DNA of 64,000 nt from Pseudomonadota bacterium (GTDB taxonomy: Bacteria; Bdellovibrionota; UBA1018), in assembly GCA_027485695.1 (NCBI GenBank), contig JAIXQO010000004.1:194408-258407 (forward strand). The letters are read 5' to 3'. Below the pieces are notes generated by a model. That model ran no database searches. It was not told the DNA's origin and saw nothing but the letters and a program-made list of their open reading frames with translations. A program made the translations under genes and the position numbers. This document shows positions 17,957 to 26,195 of the stretch, in pieces (position 1 is the first letter of the stretch; every line of letters starts with the position of its first letter).

Positions 17957-19630
17957 ATGAACAATTATCTTAAAGCGAATATCGCACTGACTTTCGCTTC
18001 CGCTCTAATTTTCTTGGTCTGCTTCTGGCCGACGCTTCAATCGGACGTACTACTCGGCTACGACGATACGATCCTGATCCAACCTCTAAAAAATTTGTCG
18101 GCCCTCGACTATTGGAAGAACCTGATTGCGATGCGGATCTACGACGTTCAACCCATTCGCGACCTTCTTTTTATGGTCAATATCCGCCTCAGTGCACTCG
18201 GCTTACCTGCCTTTCACCTCGTCAACCTCTGCTTAGGCGTCGGAATTCTGGCGCTTAGTACACGGCTCATGAGTTTTTTCGCGTTCTCAAAGAGTTCAAT
18301 TTGCGCGGGATTAACATGGACGATCACTCACGGAGCTTGGGTTTGGAGCTTATCCTGGGTGTCCGCCCAGAAGCACCTGGGGGCGCTCTTCTGGTTGTTG
18401 GTCGCAGTATGGGTTTACGCGAGACGATCGTCGGAAAAACAGGAACTACGAGGCCGTGACTGGTGGATGATCGGGTTGGCCTATGCGCTCTCTTCGCTCT
18501 CCCATCCGATCTACTTACCTCTTGGACTCCTACCGCTCCTAGTCCGCCTCTTGAATCGCCGATCTATTCCTCAGTCATTCAAGCCAAGTGGATGGGTGGG
18601 TCCGCTCGCCCTTGCTGCAATCACGCTGACTTGCTTAGCGCTCAACGCCTACTACTACCTGAAAATCTACCCCTCCCAGAGCGAGGTCGCTAAATTTCTG
18701 TCACAGGAGAACACTATAGACGGACAACTCCTCCTTCAGGCTGGGAGGTACTTTTTCAATCTACTCTTACCGATCCAAGTCGCCGCACACTACTGGCCCG
18801 GATCCGCTGCCTCCTTGATCGGTATCCCTGTCGGCGTTGCGATGACCTGGACGCTCTTTAAGTTGGTCCCAAGAATGTGGGCGTCGATCGCATCGATGAT
18901 GATCGCACTACCTTTTCTGATGACCGCCCCGTTTCAAAAGAACGTATTTTTTTCAGATACCTACTTACTTCTCCCCGTACTGACGCTCTCAGTGCTTCTT
19001 ACCGCCTGCACTGAACGGTTTCCCCGATCGACTTGGGCGATTTGGATCATGAGCGCCGTGCAGCTCTATTTTTCCTATCCGATTCCTTCGAGTTTCACCT
19101 CCGACGAGGCACTCTGGACGAGATCCTACGAGGTGTCACCCAACCCCTCATCTCTCTTTGCACTGGTTTCCATACATCTCGAGCGAGGCAACCTGACTGA
19201 AGCCGGAACAAACCTCGATATCCTAGAGAAATGGATGCCAGAAAATCCACGCTATCCACGAAACCGTTGCATCTGGCTCAAAAAAACGGCTGATCGTGAT
19301 CCTTCTCGTCGTCTGCAAAACAAAAAATGGATGGAGGAACTCTACCGAACAAGCCAAGACTCCGTCTGTGCGCTTTTTCTCGTCGATTTGTACCAAGCGG
19401 AGGGAGCATGGTCACAGACCACCGATATTGCCTTGTCACTGACATCGCTCAACTCCGAAAATCAATGGGACGGCGAACGGCTCGCAGCAGGACTGACACA
19501 ATTATGCCAGCGCACGAATCGAACTGATTGCGCATCTGTGAGCGCCCATATTCGGTCACTCTGCACTCACCGGCCCAAGCCTTGGGACGAAAATGCCTAC
19601 CTCAAGAATTTAAGTGAGTTTCAAAAATAA
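17957..19630 (+). CDS. polytopic membrane protein with C-terminal TPR-like domain, paralog 2 of 16247..17953
   Basis: It shares collinear motifs with paralog 1: LLGYDDTILIQP, DVQPIRDLL, HLVN, HGAWVWSLSWVSAQKH, QAGRYFFNLLLP, SDTYLLLPV and WTRSYEVSPN. It starts 3 nt after the paralog 1 stop. Confidence 0.5.
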   Translation: MNNYLKANIALTFASALIFLVCFWPTLQSDVLLGYDDTILIQPLKNLSALDYWKNLIAMRIYDVQPIRDLLFMVNIRLSALGLPAFHLVNLCLGVGILALSTRLMSFFAFSKSSICAGLTWTITHGAWVWSLSWVSAQKHLGALFWLLVAVWVYARRSSEKQELRGRDWWMIGLAYALSSLSHPIYLPLGLLPLLVRLLNRRSIPQSFKPSGWVGPLALAAITLTCLALNAYYYLKIYPSQSEVAKFLSQENTIDGQLLLQAGRYFFNLLLPIQVAAHYWPGSAASLIGIPVGVAMTWTLFKLVPRMWASIASMMIALPFLMTAPFQKNVFFSDTYLLLPVLTLSVLLTACTERFPRSTWAIWIMSAVQLYFSYPIPSSFTSDEALWTRSYEVSPNPSSLFALVSIHLERGNLTEAGTNLDILEKWMPENPRYPRNRCIWLKKTADRDPSRRLQNKKWMEELYRTSQDSVCALFLVDLYQAEGAWSQTTDIALSLTSLNSENQWDGERLAAGLTQLCQRTNRTDCASVSAHIRSLCTHRPKPWDENAYLKNLSEFQK

Positions 19631-19697
19631 TCACGATCTCAAAAACTGATCTGATTTCCATTTCTTTCCAAACGGTTTCAACCGAAAATATAACGAT

Positions 19698-20690
19698 ATG
19701 CCCAACTGGCGGAAACCCACTGCACACCAGAATTTGGTTTTCATACTGATTTTTGCCCTGGGAGCCGCTTCCGGTGGTTCTTACACCTATTCTTTCTTTT
19801 CGCTTCAAAAAACCGAAGTCCGCAAGGTCTCTCCGCTTCTAGATCCAGCACTCGCCTACAGGAATTCTGGTGAATACCAACTTCCATTGGATTTCAGGCT
19901 CAAAGAAAGCGAGTCCTTGCTCCGCACGCGAATCCAACAGGAGATTGAGGACAACACGATTCAGGAAGCTTCGATTTACTATCGTAGCTTCAACAACGGA
20001 CCCTGGTTCGGCATCAACGAAGATGCAAGGTTCCTACCTGGCAGTCTCTTGAAACTCCCGCTGGCCATTGCACTATTCAAGCAATCGGAATCGGATCCAA
20101 ATCTCCTGGAACGACAGATTGCGTTCAATAACCCGGATTTACTTCCACTCTATAACTTGCAGTTCGCGGAACCCGCAGAACGCCTCGAGATCGGCCGTTC
20201 TTATAGCGTGAGGACACTGATTGAGCGCTCCCTCATATACTCTGATAACGTCGCTGCAAACTTACTTGAACGCACGCTCGGCGTGGAAGCCTGGGCTCGC
20301 CTCTCCAAGGATCTTTACGTTCCGATTGATCGCAACACCGCACACTCCCGGGGGCTCACGTCCAAGGAATACAGCACGTTCTTCCGCGTTCTTTACAACT
20401 CATCATACTTGAGCGAGACAAATTCAGAGTTTCTCCTCAATGTTTTGAGCAAATCCACGTTCATCGACGGGCTTCGAGCCATCGTTCCCGAAGGTACGAT
20501 TATCGCCCACAAATTCGGCGAGACCCTCTTCGGCGATAAAAAGAAGTTCGCCTACCTCAGTGATTGCGGGATTATCTACGGCAAGACCCAACCGCACATC
20601 GTTTGCGTTATGTTGCGTAGCGACTCTCGCAACAAAATGAATCGGGAGCTATTCATGCGATTATTCCGAGATCTTCCGATCATTTATTAA
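19698..20690 (+). CDS. membrane-anchored serine hydrolase with class A beta-lactamase / PBP-like fold
   Basis: N-terminal TM (LVFILIFALGAASGG). The active-site triad of motifs is S-x-x-K (PGSLLKLPLAIAL), SDN (LIYSDNVAANLL) and a K-x-G variant (AHKFGET). Confidence 0.5.
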   Translation: MPNWRKPTAHQNLVFILIFALGAASGGSYTYSFFSLQKTEVRKVSPLLDPALAYRNSGEYQLPLDFRLKESESLLRTRIQQEIEDNTIQEASIYYRSFNNGPWFGINEDARFLPGSLLKLPLAIALFKQSESDPNLLERQIAFNNPDLLPLYNLQFAEPAERLEIGRSYSVRTLIERSLIYSDNVAANLLERTLGVEAWARLSKDLYVPIDRNTAHSRGLTSKEYSTFFRVLYNSSYLSETNSEFLLNVLSKSTFIDGLRAIVPEGTIIAHKFGETLFGDKKKFAYLSDCGIIYGKTQPHIVCVMLRSDSRNKMNRELFMRLFRDLPIIY

Positions 20691-20747
20691 CCAAAGACCT
20701 CGCCTGCTGCCTCGACTCCGCAAGTCCATTCACCTTATTATAGAAAC

Positions 20748-23198
20748 ATGTTCACTCAGATCACTGTATTCGGTTGGGCTTGGGTTCTCTGGAAAACAAA
20801 CGGTTGGTACTCCCCGGGATACCTCTTCACGTTTCCGGCGCTCATCTTAACTGGGTATTGGGCGGATCGCAGATTCGGGGATCGCGTTCTCACGCCAAAG
20901 CAGAAAACGGTTTTCGCCCTCGCATTCTTCAGCCTCTTGGGAACGATTCGGCCTCAGCTTCTCTATCCTCAGTCATCCCTGTTTCTCGCCGCCATCCAAG
21001 CCGCATTCATCATGGTGCTGATCGTCGCCGCTTGGCTCGCCATACGCGACCAATGGAGGCACCAGCTCTCGATCTTACTATTTGCGGTGTCCGCTCTCGT
21101 CCTCGTTTTCGGAATCCTCTGCTCTCCCTATCCACTGATCGACGTATGGATCTACATTCAACAAGCGGTCGATGGAATTCAAAACGGGATCAATCCGTAC
21201 TCCATCGCTTTTCCGAGTGTCTACGCGGGCAAACCTCCTGCCGCTTTTCCGTATAGCCCAGTCACACTCCTGTATTTGACGCCTTTTCACGCAATACTCG
21301 GCGACGTTCGTTACGGCCTGGTCGCGGCATTGTTGATTTCGGGCCTACTCTGCCTAGGTACCAAATCGGACAAGTCTAGCAAGTACCTGTATACCAGCCT
21401 CATCCTGCTTTTCCCGTCGACTTTGAATGTCATTGAGCAAAGCTGGATCGATCCCATTAGCCTCATCCCTCTAGCGATGGCCATCCGGGGTCTCAAATCT
21501 AAGAAGAACTCCTGGTTCATCGCCGGAGTACTTTTACTCCCCGCAGTAAAACATTATAACTTCGCGTTCGTACCATTTCTGCTGCTCGCACATCCATCAT
21601 TCAGAAACTGGAAGAAAGCGCTCGCGCTCTTCGCAGGATCGGTGGCGTTCTTTGTTACTCAGTTTATTGCATTTACTCCGTCCAGCAAAACCTCGACTGG
21701 ATTCTTGAAGGAGATGCTATTCCCCACATTCGATCTTACAGAAATTCGCCACTTTTCACTCGGTGACTGGTTAATCGCCCATCAGATTCCCATTTCCGCC
21801 AACGAGGGACTCCTGATTTCTCTCCTCATTGGAGTCACATCCGTGGCCGTATTCATTTGGAAAAAGCGCCATTTACCCAGTGATTCAATCCTTTGGGGCA
21901 GCTATGCATTGATGGTTTTTTTCCTCCTCTATCCAAATACGGCGCTCAACTACGTTTGGTTCGCAGTCATCGCTTGGTGGATGAACGAGCTTTCTCGTCC
22001 CGAAGAAAGCACTGCGCCGCTCGTGAACGGTCTCGCCCCGATCGATGCTTTGTATTTCGTCACCCGCATCTTCCTGATCTTCGGTATGGAGCCCTATATT
22101 TCTGACGTGGGTCTCTATTTCAAATATTTTAGTGAGTGGCATTTCGGCGGACTCATGCCTTACCGAGACTTCTCGTTCGAATACCCACCTTTCGCATGGA
22201 TCCCGATCGTTTTTCCCGCTTCCTTGTTCTCGATCAACTCTGAGTCTCTTTTGGCCTATCGATTTTGTTTCATGAGTCTCATTGTTGCGGCTGATTTTTC
22301 CATTTTCCGATTCTTCAGACGGATCTCCGAACCCAAAGCTGCCTATTTCTACGTATTCTCAATCCTCGCTATGGCTCACCTCGTGCTCGATCGGATTGAT
22401 TTGATCGTCGGTTTTTTTCTGATTCTTCCTTTGTTCCCATTCGCGCGTACGAATCGATTTTTCTCCCAAGACATCATCATCGGCATGGGCGGGCTTTTTA
22501 AGATCTCCCCAATGATTGTGAGCGGGCTGCCGGAGCTTTTGAAAAAACGAGGCATCTTCCGAGCTACTCTCGGGGCGTTGGTCTCGGTCTCACTCTTCGT
22601 CATCGGCATGGCGTGGATGCTCGACTTCTCCGACGGCAAACCAACGTTATTCAACTATCACTCTCTTCGTGGCATCCAGGTCGAATCACTCATCGGAAAC
22701 GTCGCTCTTTTCCTCGCAACCATCTCGCCAGAATTGGGAATATCCGTTGGTAACAACTATGGAGCACAACATTTAAGCGGCTTTCCAGATTCGGTTGTTC
22801 TATTCGGAAAACTGCTTTCAATCGTTTCTGTTTTTGCGACTTTTGGGTGGGTCGTACGCAACGCGCTCGTGCATAAGAAGGTGGAACTGGCTCAGGCGAC
22901 TTTCCTCATGATTCTCACATTCGTGACCTTCAACACTGTATTGTCACCGCAATTCATCCTTTGGCTGATACCCGTCGGAATATTTGCAAGTATCGAACAG
23001 AAACGAAAATATGATCTCTATACGCTTTTTTTAATATCGGTGATCACCGGAGTCCATTTTCATTTCTACTGGAGCTACGTTCAAAAAGAGATCCCATTCC
23101 TCTTGAACCTGATGCTCCGTAATTTGCTACTCGTAGGACTCTGGGCAGTGAATATCTACCGGATCTCTCTAAACAAAGATAAATCGATGACTCGTTGA
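20748..23198 (+). CDS. 816-aa integral membrane protein (more than 20 predicted TM segments); possibly a duplicated GT-C/DUF2029-like mannosyltransferase-type module
   Basis: Hydrophobic almost throughout, with Trp/Tyr/Pro-rich loop motifs (WIYIQQAVDGIQNGINPYS, FNTVLSPQFILWLIP). The call is tentative. Confidence 0.4.
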   Translation: MFTQITVFGWAWVLWKTNGWYSPGYLFTFPALILTGYWADRRFGDRVLTPKQKTVFALAFFSLLGTIRPQLLYPQSSLFLAAIQAAFIMVLIVAAWLAIRDQWRHQLSILLFAVSALVLVFGILCSPYPLIDVWIYIQQAVDGIQNGINPYSIAFPSVYAGKPPAAFPYSPVTLLYLTPFHAILGDVRYGLVAALLISGLLCLGTKSDKSSKYLYTSLILLFPSTLNVIEQSWIDPISLIPLAMAIRGLKSKKNSWFIAGVLLLPAVKHYNFAFVPFLLLAHPSFRNWKKALALFAGSVAFFVTQFIAFTPSSKTSTGFLKEMLFPTFDLTEIRHFSLGDWLIAHQIPISANEGLLISLLIGVTSVAVFIWKKRHLPSDSILWGSYALMVFFLLYPNTALNYVWFAVIAWWMNELSRPEESTAPLVNGLAPIDALYFVTRIFLIFGMEPYISDVGLYFKYFSEWHFGGLMPYRDFSFEYPPFAWIPIVFPASLFSINSESLLAYRFCFMSLIVAADFSIFRFFRRISEPKAAYFYVFSILAMAHLVLDRIDLIVGFFLILPLFPFARTNRFFSQDIIIGMGGLFKISPMIVSGLPELLKKRGIFRATLGALVSVSLFVIGMAWMLDFSDGKPTLFNYHSLRGIQVESLIGNVALFLATISPELGISVGNNYGAQHLSGFPDSVVLFGKLLSIVSVFATFGWVVRNALVHKKVELAQATFLMILTFVTFNTVLSPQFILWLIPVGIFASIEQKRKYDLYTLFLISVITGVHFHFYWSYVQKEIPFLLNLMLRNLLLVGLWAVNIYRISLNKDKSMTR

Positions 23199-25129
23199 TC
23201 CTTGGCTTCGAATACAGTCATTGCCGGATGTGCAGAAATCCAAGAGTCGATCCAGTAGCTATAGTAGGTTCTCACGCCGATATACCGGTCATCCAAGAGG
23301 TATCGCACCTTCTCTGAGATTAACCGACGAATGATGACATCTGGGGACAACGACTCCAAGTCACCGACTGGTACGGGGTTTGAATCCAGCCAGGACTTAA
23401 CGGGCAATCCAGAGATGTAGTAGAGTTGATTGTCGCCGGTGGTGAGAATTTTTTCTCCCGGACGCACGTTCATCCTGAGCCAGGCCTTAGATGAACCGGC
23501 CCGAAAATCATCTCTTATTGCTAAATGCCAATCTGATATTTTTGAGTCTGTGAGCGCATGAAAAACAGGCGCGTCTCCATAGTTACCCGGTCGAATGGAG
23601 TCCCCGTAGGCGACCAGGGATAGAAATATACACGAAAGCACCGATACTTGAATTCTCGAACTGAGTGCTTGAATCAGAATGGATATTCCAATCACGGTTA
23701 ACCAACCGATCAAAGCTATCTCCGCTCCTAAGTGTCGGTCGGTCAGCCTGGCTTGTTGCAAGAGGAGTAATATGAATACGGCGACCAAAATCCCGGACAA
23801 CCCCATCCAAATACGTAGTGCTGGAGATTCTTTTTTCTTCCTCAGTATCACGCCAACTGCGACACCAATCAAAACCAGGAGAATCCAGCTCTCACTTGAT
23901 ATGATCGATGCTAGTCGTTCTAAACGTTGACTGAATTCCAATGAGTCTTTGGGCAAGTAGTAGCGGACTAGAGTCAACGCCCCATCTGTCATGCCTCGAC
24001 TGGGGAATAGATCGTCCATGATTGGAAAAATCGGATTCTGCGTGAAGATCACGTTTCTCACCGCCAGCGGAAGCGCAGCTAAGCCAAAAAAACCAATTGA
24101 TACTCCCCACTCTCGAACACTCGATTTTCGTATCCAGAGTGCTAACGCAACAATCGCAATCGCCAGTGGCCCATTAGTGAACTTAGAAACGCCCGCGACA
24201 CCGAGGATAAATGCGCCCACACGCGGTCTATCAAAAACCAAAGACAACCCGCCGACTAGGAAAAATAGAGACCCCCAGTCATTCTTGGCTAGGACAGTGA
24301 CCCATAATAGATCGCGGACTGAAATAGCGGCTAAAGCCGCAACCAGGGCAATGAGATCGTTTGCTTGGAACAGTCGTCTTGCTGCGTAGTAAGCGGCGAA
24401 ATAAGTTCCCATAAAACCTAAAACCGTGTGAAGCAGTTGTGCAAAAATCTGACCTTCGATCAGTCCGCGTCCAACTTCACCACTCAGCAGCCGCATGCCA
24501 AACAGGATGAGATACTCCCACTGTCCGGCATGAAAAATGACGATATCTCCTGGCGGAAGATATACCGAGCCATGATCCATCCAAAGTCTAGGAGCATAGA
24601 GGTGATAAATGAGAGGATCTGATGCCGCCCAGGGGCCTAGCGACTTAAACACTCGAAAAAGGAAAAAAACTGCCAAGTACAGAAGTATCCCTCGTTCGAT
24701 CCAAGACGCCAATTTCAGGGAACTAATGATTGGCCCGAGTTTTCTGGGTCGTACAAGTGCAGAGCCCATGCAAACACAGATCGCGAACAAGAGTCGAGAC
24801 TCTGGACCAATAGATCCAAAACCTAGGAACAATACAAAAAATGAGATGAAAGCCGCCCCCAAGATGAGGGAAACAAGCCAGTGTTCTTTGGCCACGCGAA
24901 ATAGAATCCGCGATAGACCGTCGCCCCACCCTACCAAGCTGAGTAGAAAAGTCGCAAAGACCGCAATGACCGATAGAATCGCAACAAAGTCGAGTTGGGC
25001 GTCCGGATTTCTCCCATCACCTAACACCAACCAACTCACCCAAAGAATGAATGAAGAACTGATCAGAGTGGGGAAATGAATCAATGAACCGCGAGAATCG
25101 TCAGTCCGAGCTAGATTCATCCTCGTCAC
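23156..25129 (-). CDS. 657-aa polytopic membrane protein with C-terminal periplasmic domain, ArnT/PMT-like (GT-C) glycosyltransferase candidate
   Basis: ~12-13 TM helices are followed by a ~130-aa soluble C-terminal domain. The gene converges on 20748..23198 with a 43-nt overlap, and its start overlaps the sigma54 activator stop by 29 nt. Confidence 0.4.
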   Translation of the reverse strand: MTRMNLARTDDSRGSLIHFPTLISSSFILWVSWLVLGDGRNPDAQLDFVAILSVIAVFATFLLSLVGWGDGLSRILFRVAKEHWLVSLILGAAFISFFVLFLGFGSIGPESRLLFAICVCMGSALVRPRKLGPIISSLKLASWIERGILLYLAVFFLFRVFKSLGPWAASDPLIYHLYAPRLWMDHGSVYLPPGDIVIFHAGQWEYLILFGMRLLSGEVGRGLIEGQIFAQLLHTVLGFMGTYFAAYYAARRLFQANDLIALVAALAAISVRDLLWVTVLAKNDWGSLFFLVGGLSLVFDRPRVGAFILGVAGVSKFTNGPLAIAIVALALWIRKSSVREWGVSIGFFGLAALPLAVRNVIFTQNPIFPIMDDLFPSRGMTDGALTLVRYYLPKDSLEFSQRLERLASIISSESWILLVLIGVAVGVILRKKKESPALRIWMGLSGILVAVFILLLLQQARLTDRHLGAEIALIGWLTVIGISILIQALSSRIQVSVLSCIFLSLVAYGDSIRPGNYGDAPVFHALTDSKISDWHLAIRDDFRAGSSKAWLRMNVRPGEKILTTGDNQLYYISGLPVKSWLDSNPVPVGDLESLSPDVIIRRLISEKVRYLLDDRYIGVRTYYSYWIDSWISAHPAMTVFEAKDQRVIDLSLFREIR

Positions 25130-26195
25130 CCATCCCTAACTTGGCTAGACGGTAGCGAATACTACGAAACGTGATTCCGAGAACTTCTGCGGCGCGCTTC
25201 TTGACGCCTCCAGTATGCTCCAGAGCTTTTTCGATATATTGCTTCTCGACAGCTGCGAGAATCGCATCAAGTTCGATCGGTCCCTTCGTGAAGTCCGGTG
25301 CGGGCAGCTCAATCGCACTCAAAGGTGGCGCGCCTGGTGCTCGCGGATGTGAGTCGCGAAAAACTTTCTCGACCTCATCAGTTCTAGACTGCTGAGACGA
25401 AGAGGAAGTGGATTGAGCGCTCGTTGCCTTCGCGGAAATGATCGCTTGCGGCAGACTCGACAATTCAATCAACGTTTTTGATTCTAAGGTAACCGCACGC
25501 TCGATCACGTTCTCGAGTTCCCGAATGTTACCGGGCCATCCGTAACGAGTCATCGCCTCCATCGCATCGTCGGAGAAAGCTTGGATTTCTTTGCCCTGAC
25601 GCTCACCAAATCGCTTCAGAAATTCATTGGCAAGCATCGGAATGTCACTGCCCCGCTCACGCAGAGGCGGAGTTCGAATCAAGATGACGTTTAGTCTGTA
25701 ATATAGATCTTCGCGGAATCTGCCTTCACGAATCATCAACTCGAGGTCACGGTTCGTAGCGGAGATGATCCGAACATCCACCTTGAGATCGTCGTTTGCG
25801 CCCACCCGGCGTACCACCCGCTCTTGCAACGCACGAAGAAGCTTGACCTGCATGGAGAGAGGCAACTCGCCGACTTCGTCCAGGAATAGCGTTCCGCCAT
25901 TTGCGGCCTCAAATAGTCCAGGCTTGTCCGAAACGGCTCCTGTGAAGCTACCCTTCTTATGCCCGAACATTTCGCTCTCGATTAGGTTCTCCGGAATAGC
26001 GCCACAGTTTACGGGAATGAAAGGTTTGCCTTTCATCGGTCCCGTGTCGTGAATCATTCGAGCAACGAGTTCTTTGCCGGTGCCGCTCTCACCGATGATC
26101 AATACGTTCGTTTTGTTACCAGACACCTTGGAAATCAGGGAGATCAGGCTCTTGACCGGCGCAGAATCCCCCAGAATTTTGCGACTCTTCTCCAC
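25101..26195 (-). CDS. sigma-54-dependent transcriptional activator lacking a receiver or sensor domain (PilR-like AAA+ plus Fis-type HTH only)
   Basis: Walker A GESGTGKE, GSFTGA (a GAFTGA variant), the EDLYYRLNV R-finger region, and a C-terminal HTH (KRAAEVLGITFRSIRYRLAKLG) after a Ser/Gln-rich linker. The ORF is bounded upstream by the pilC stop, so there is no room for a REC domain. Confidence 0.85.
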   Translation of the reverse strand: MEKSRKILGDSAPVKSLISLISKVSGNKTNVLIIGESGTGKELVARMIHDTGPMKGKPFIPVNCGAIPENLIESEMFGHKKGSFTGAVSDKPGLFEAANGGTLFLDEVGELPLSMQVKLLRALQERVVRRVGANDDLKVDVRIISATNRDLELMIREGRFREDLYYRLNVILIRTPPLRERGSDIPMLANEFLKRFGERQGKEIQAFSDDAMEAMTRYGWPGNIRELENVIERAVTLESKTLIELSSLPQAIISAKATSAQSTSSSSQQSRTDEVEKVFRDSHPRAPGAPPLSAIELPAPDFTKGPIELDAILAAVEKQYIEKALEHTGGVKKRAAEVLGITFRSIRYRLAKLGMGDEDESSSD

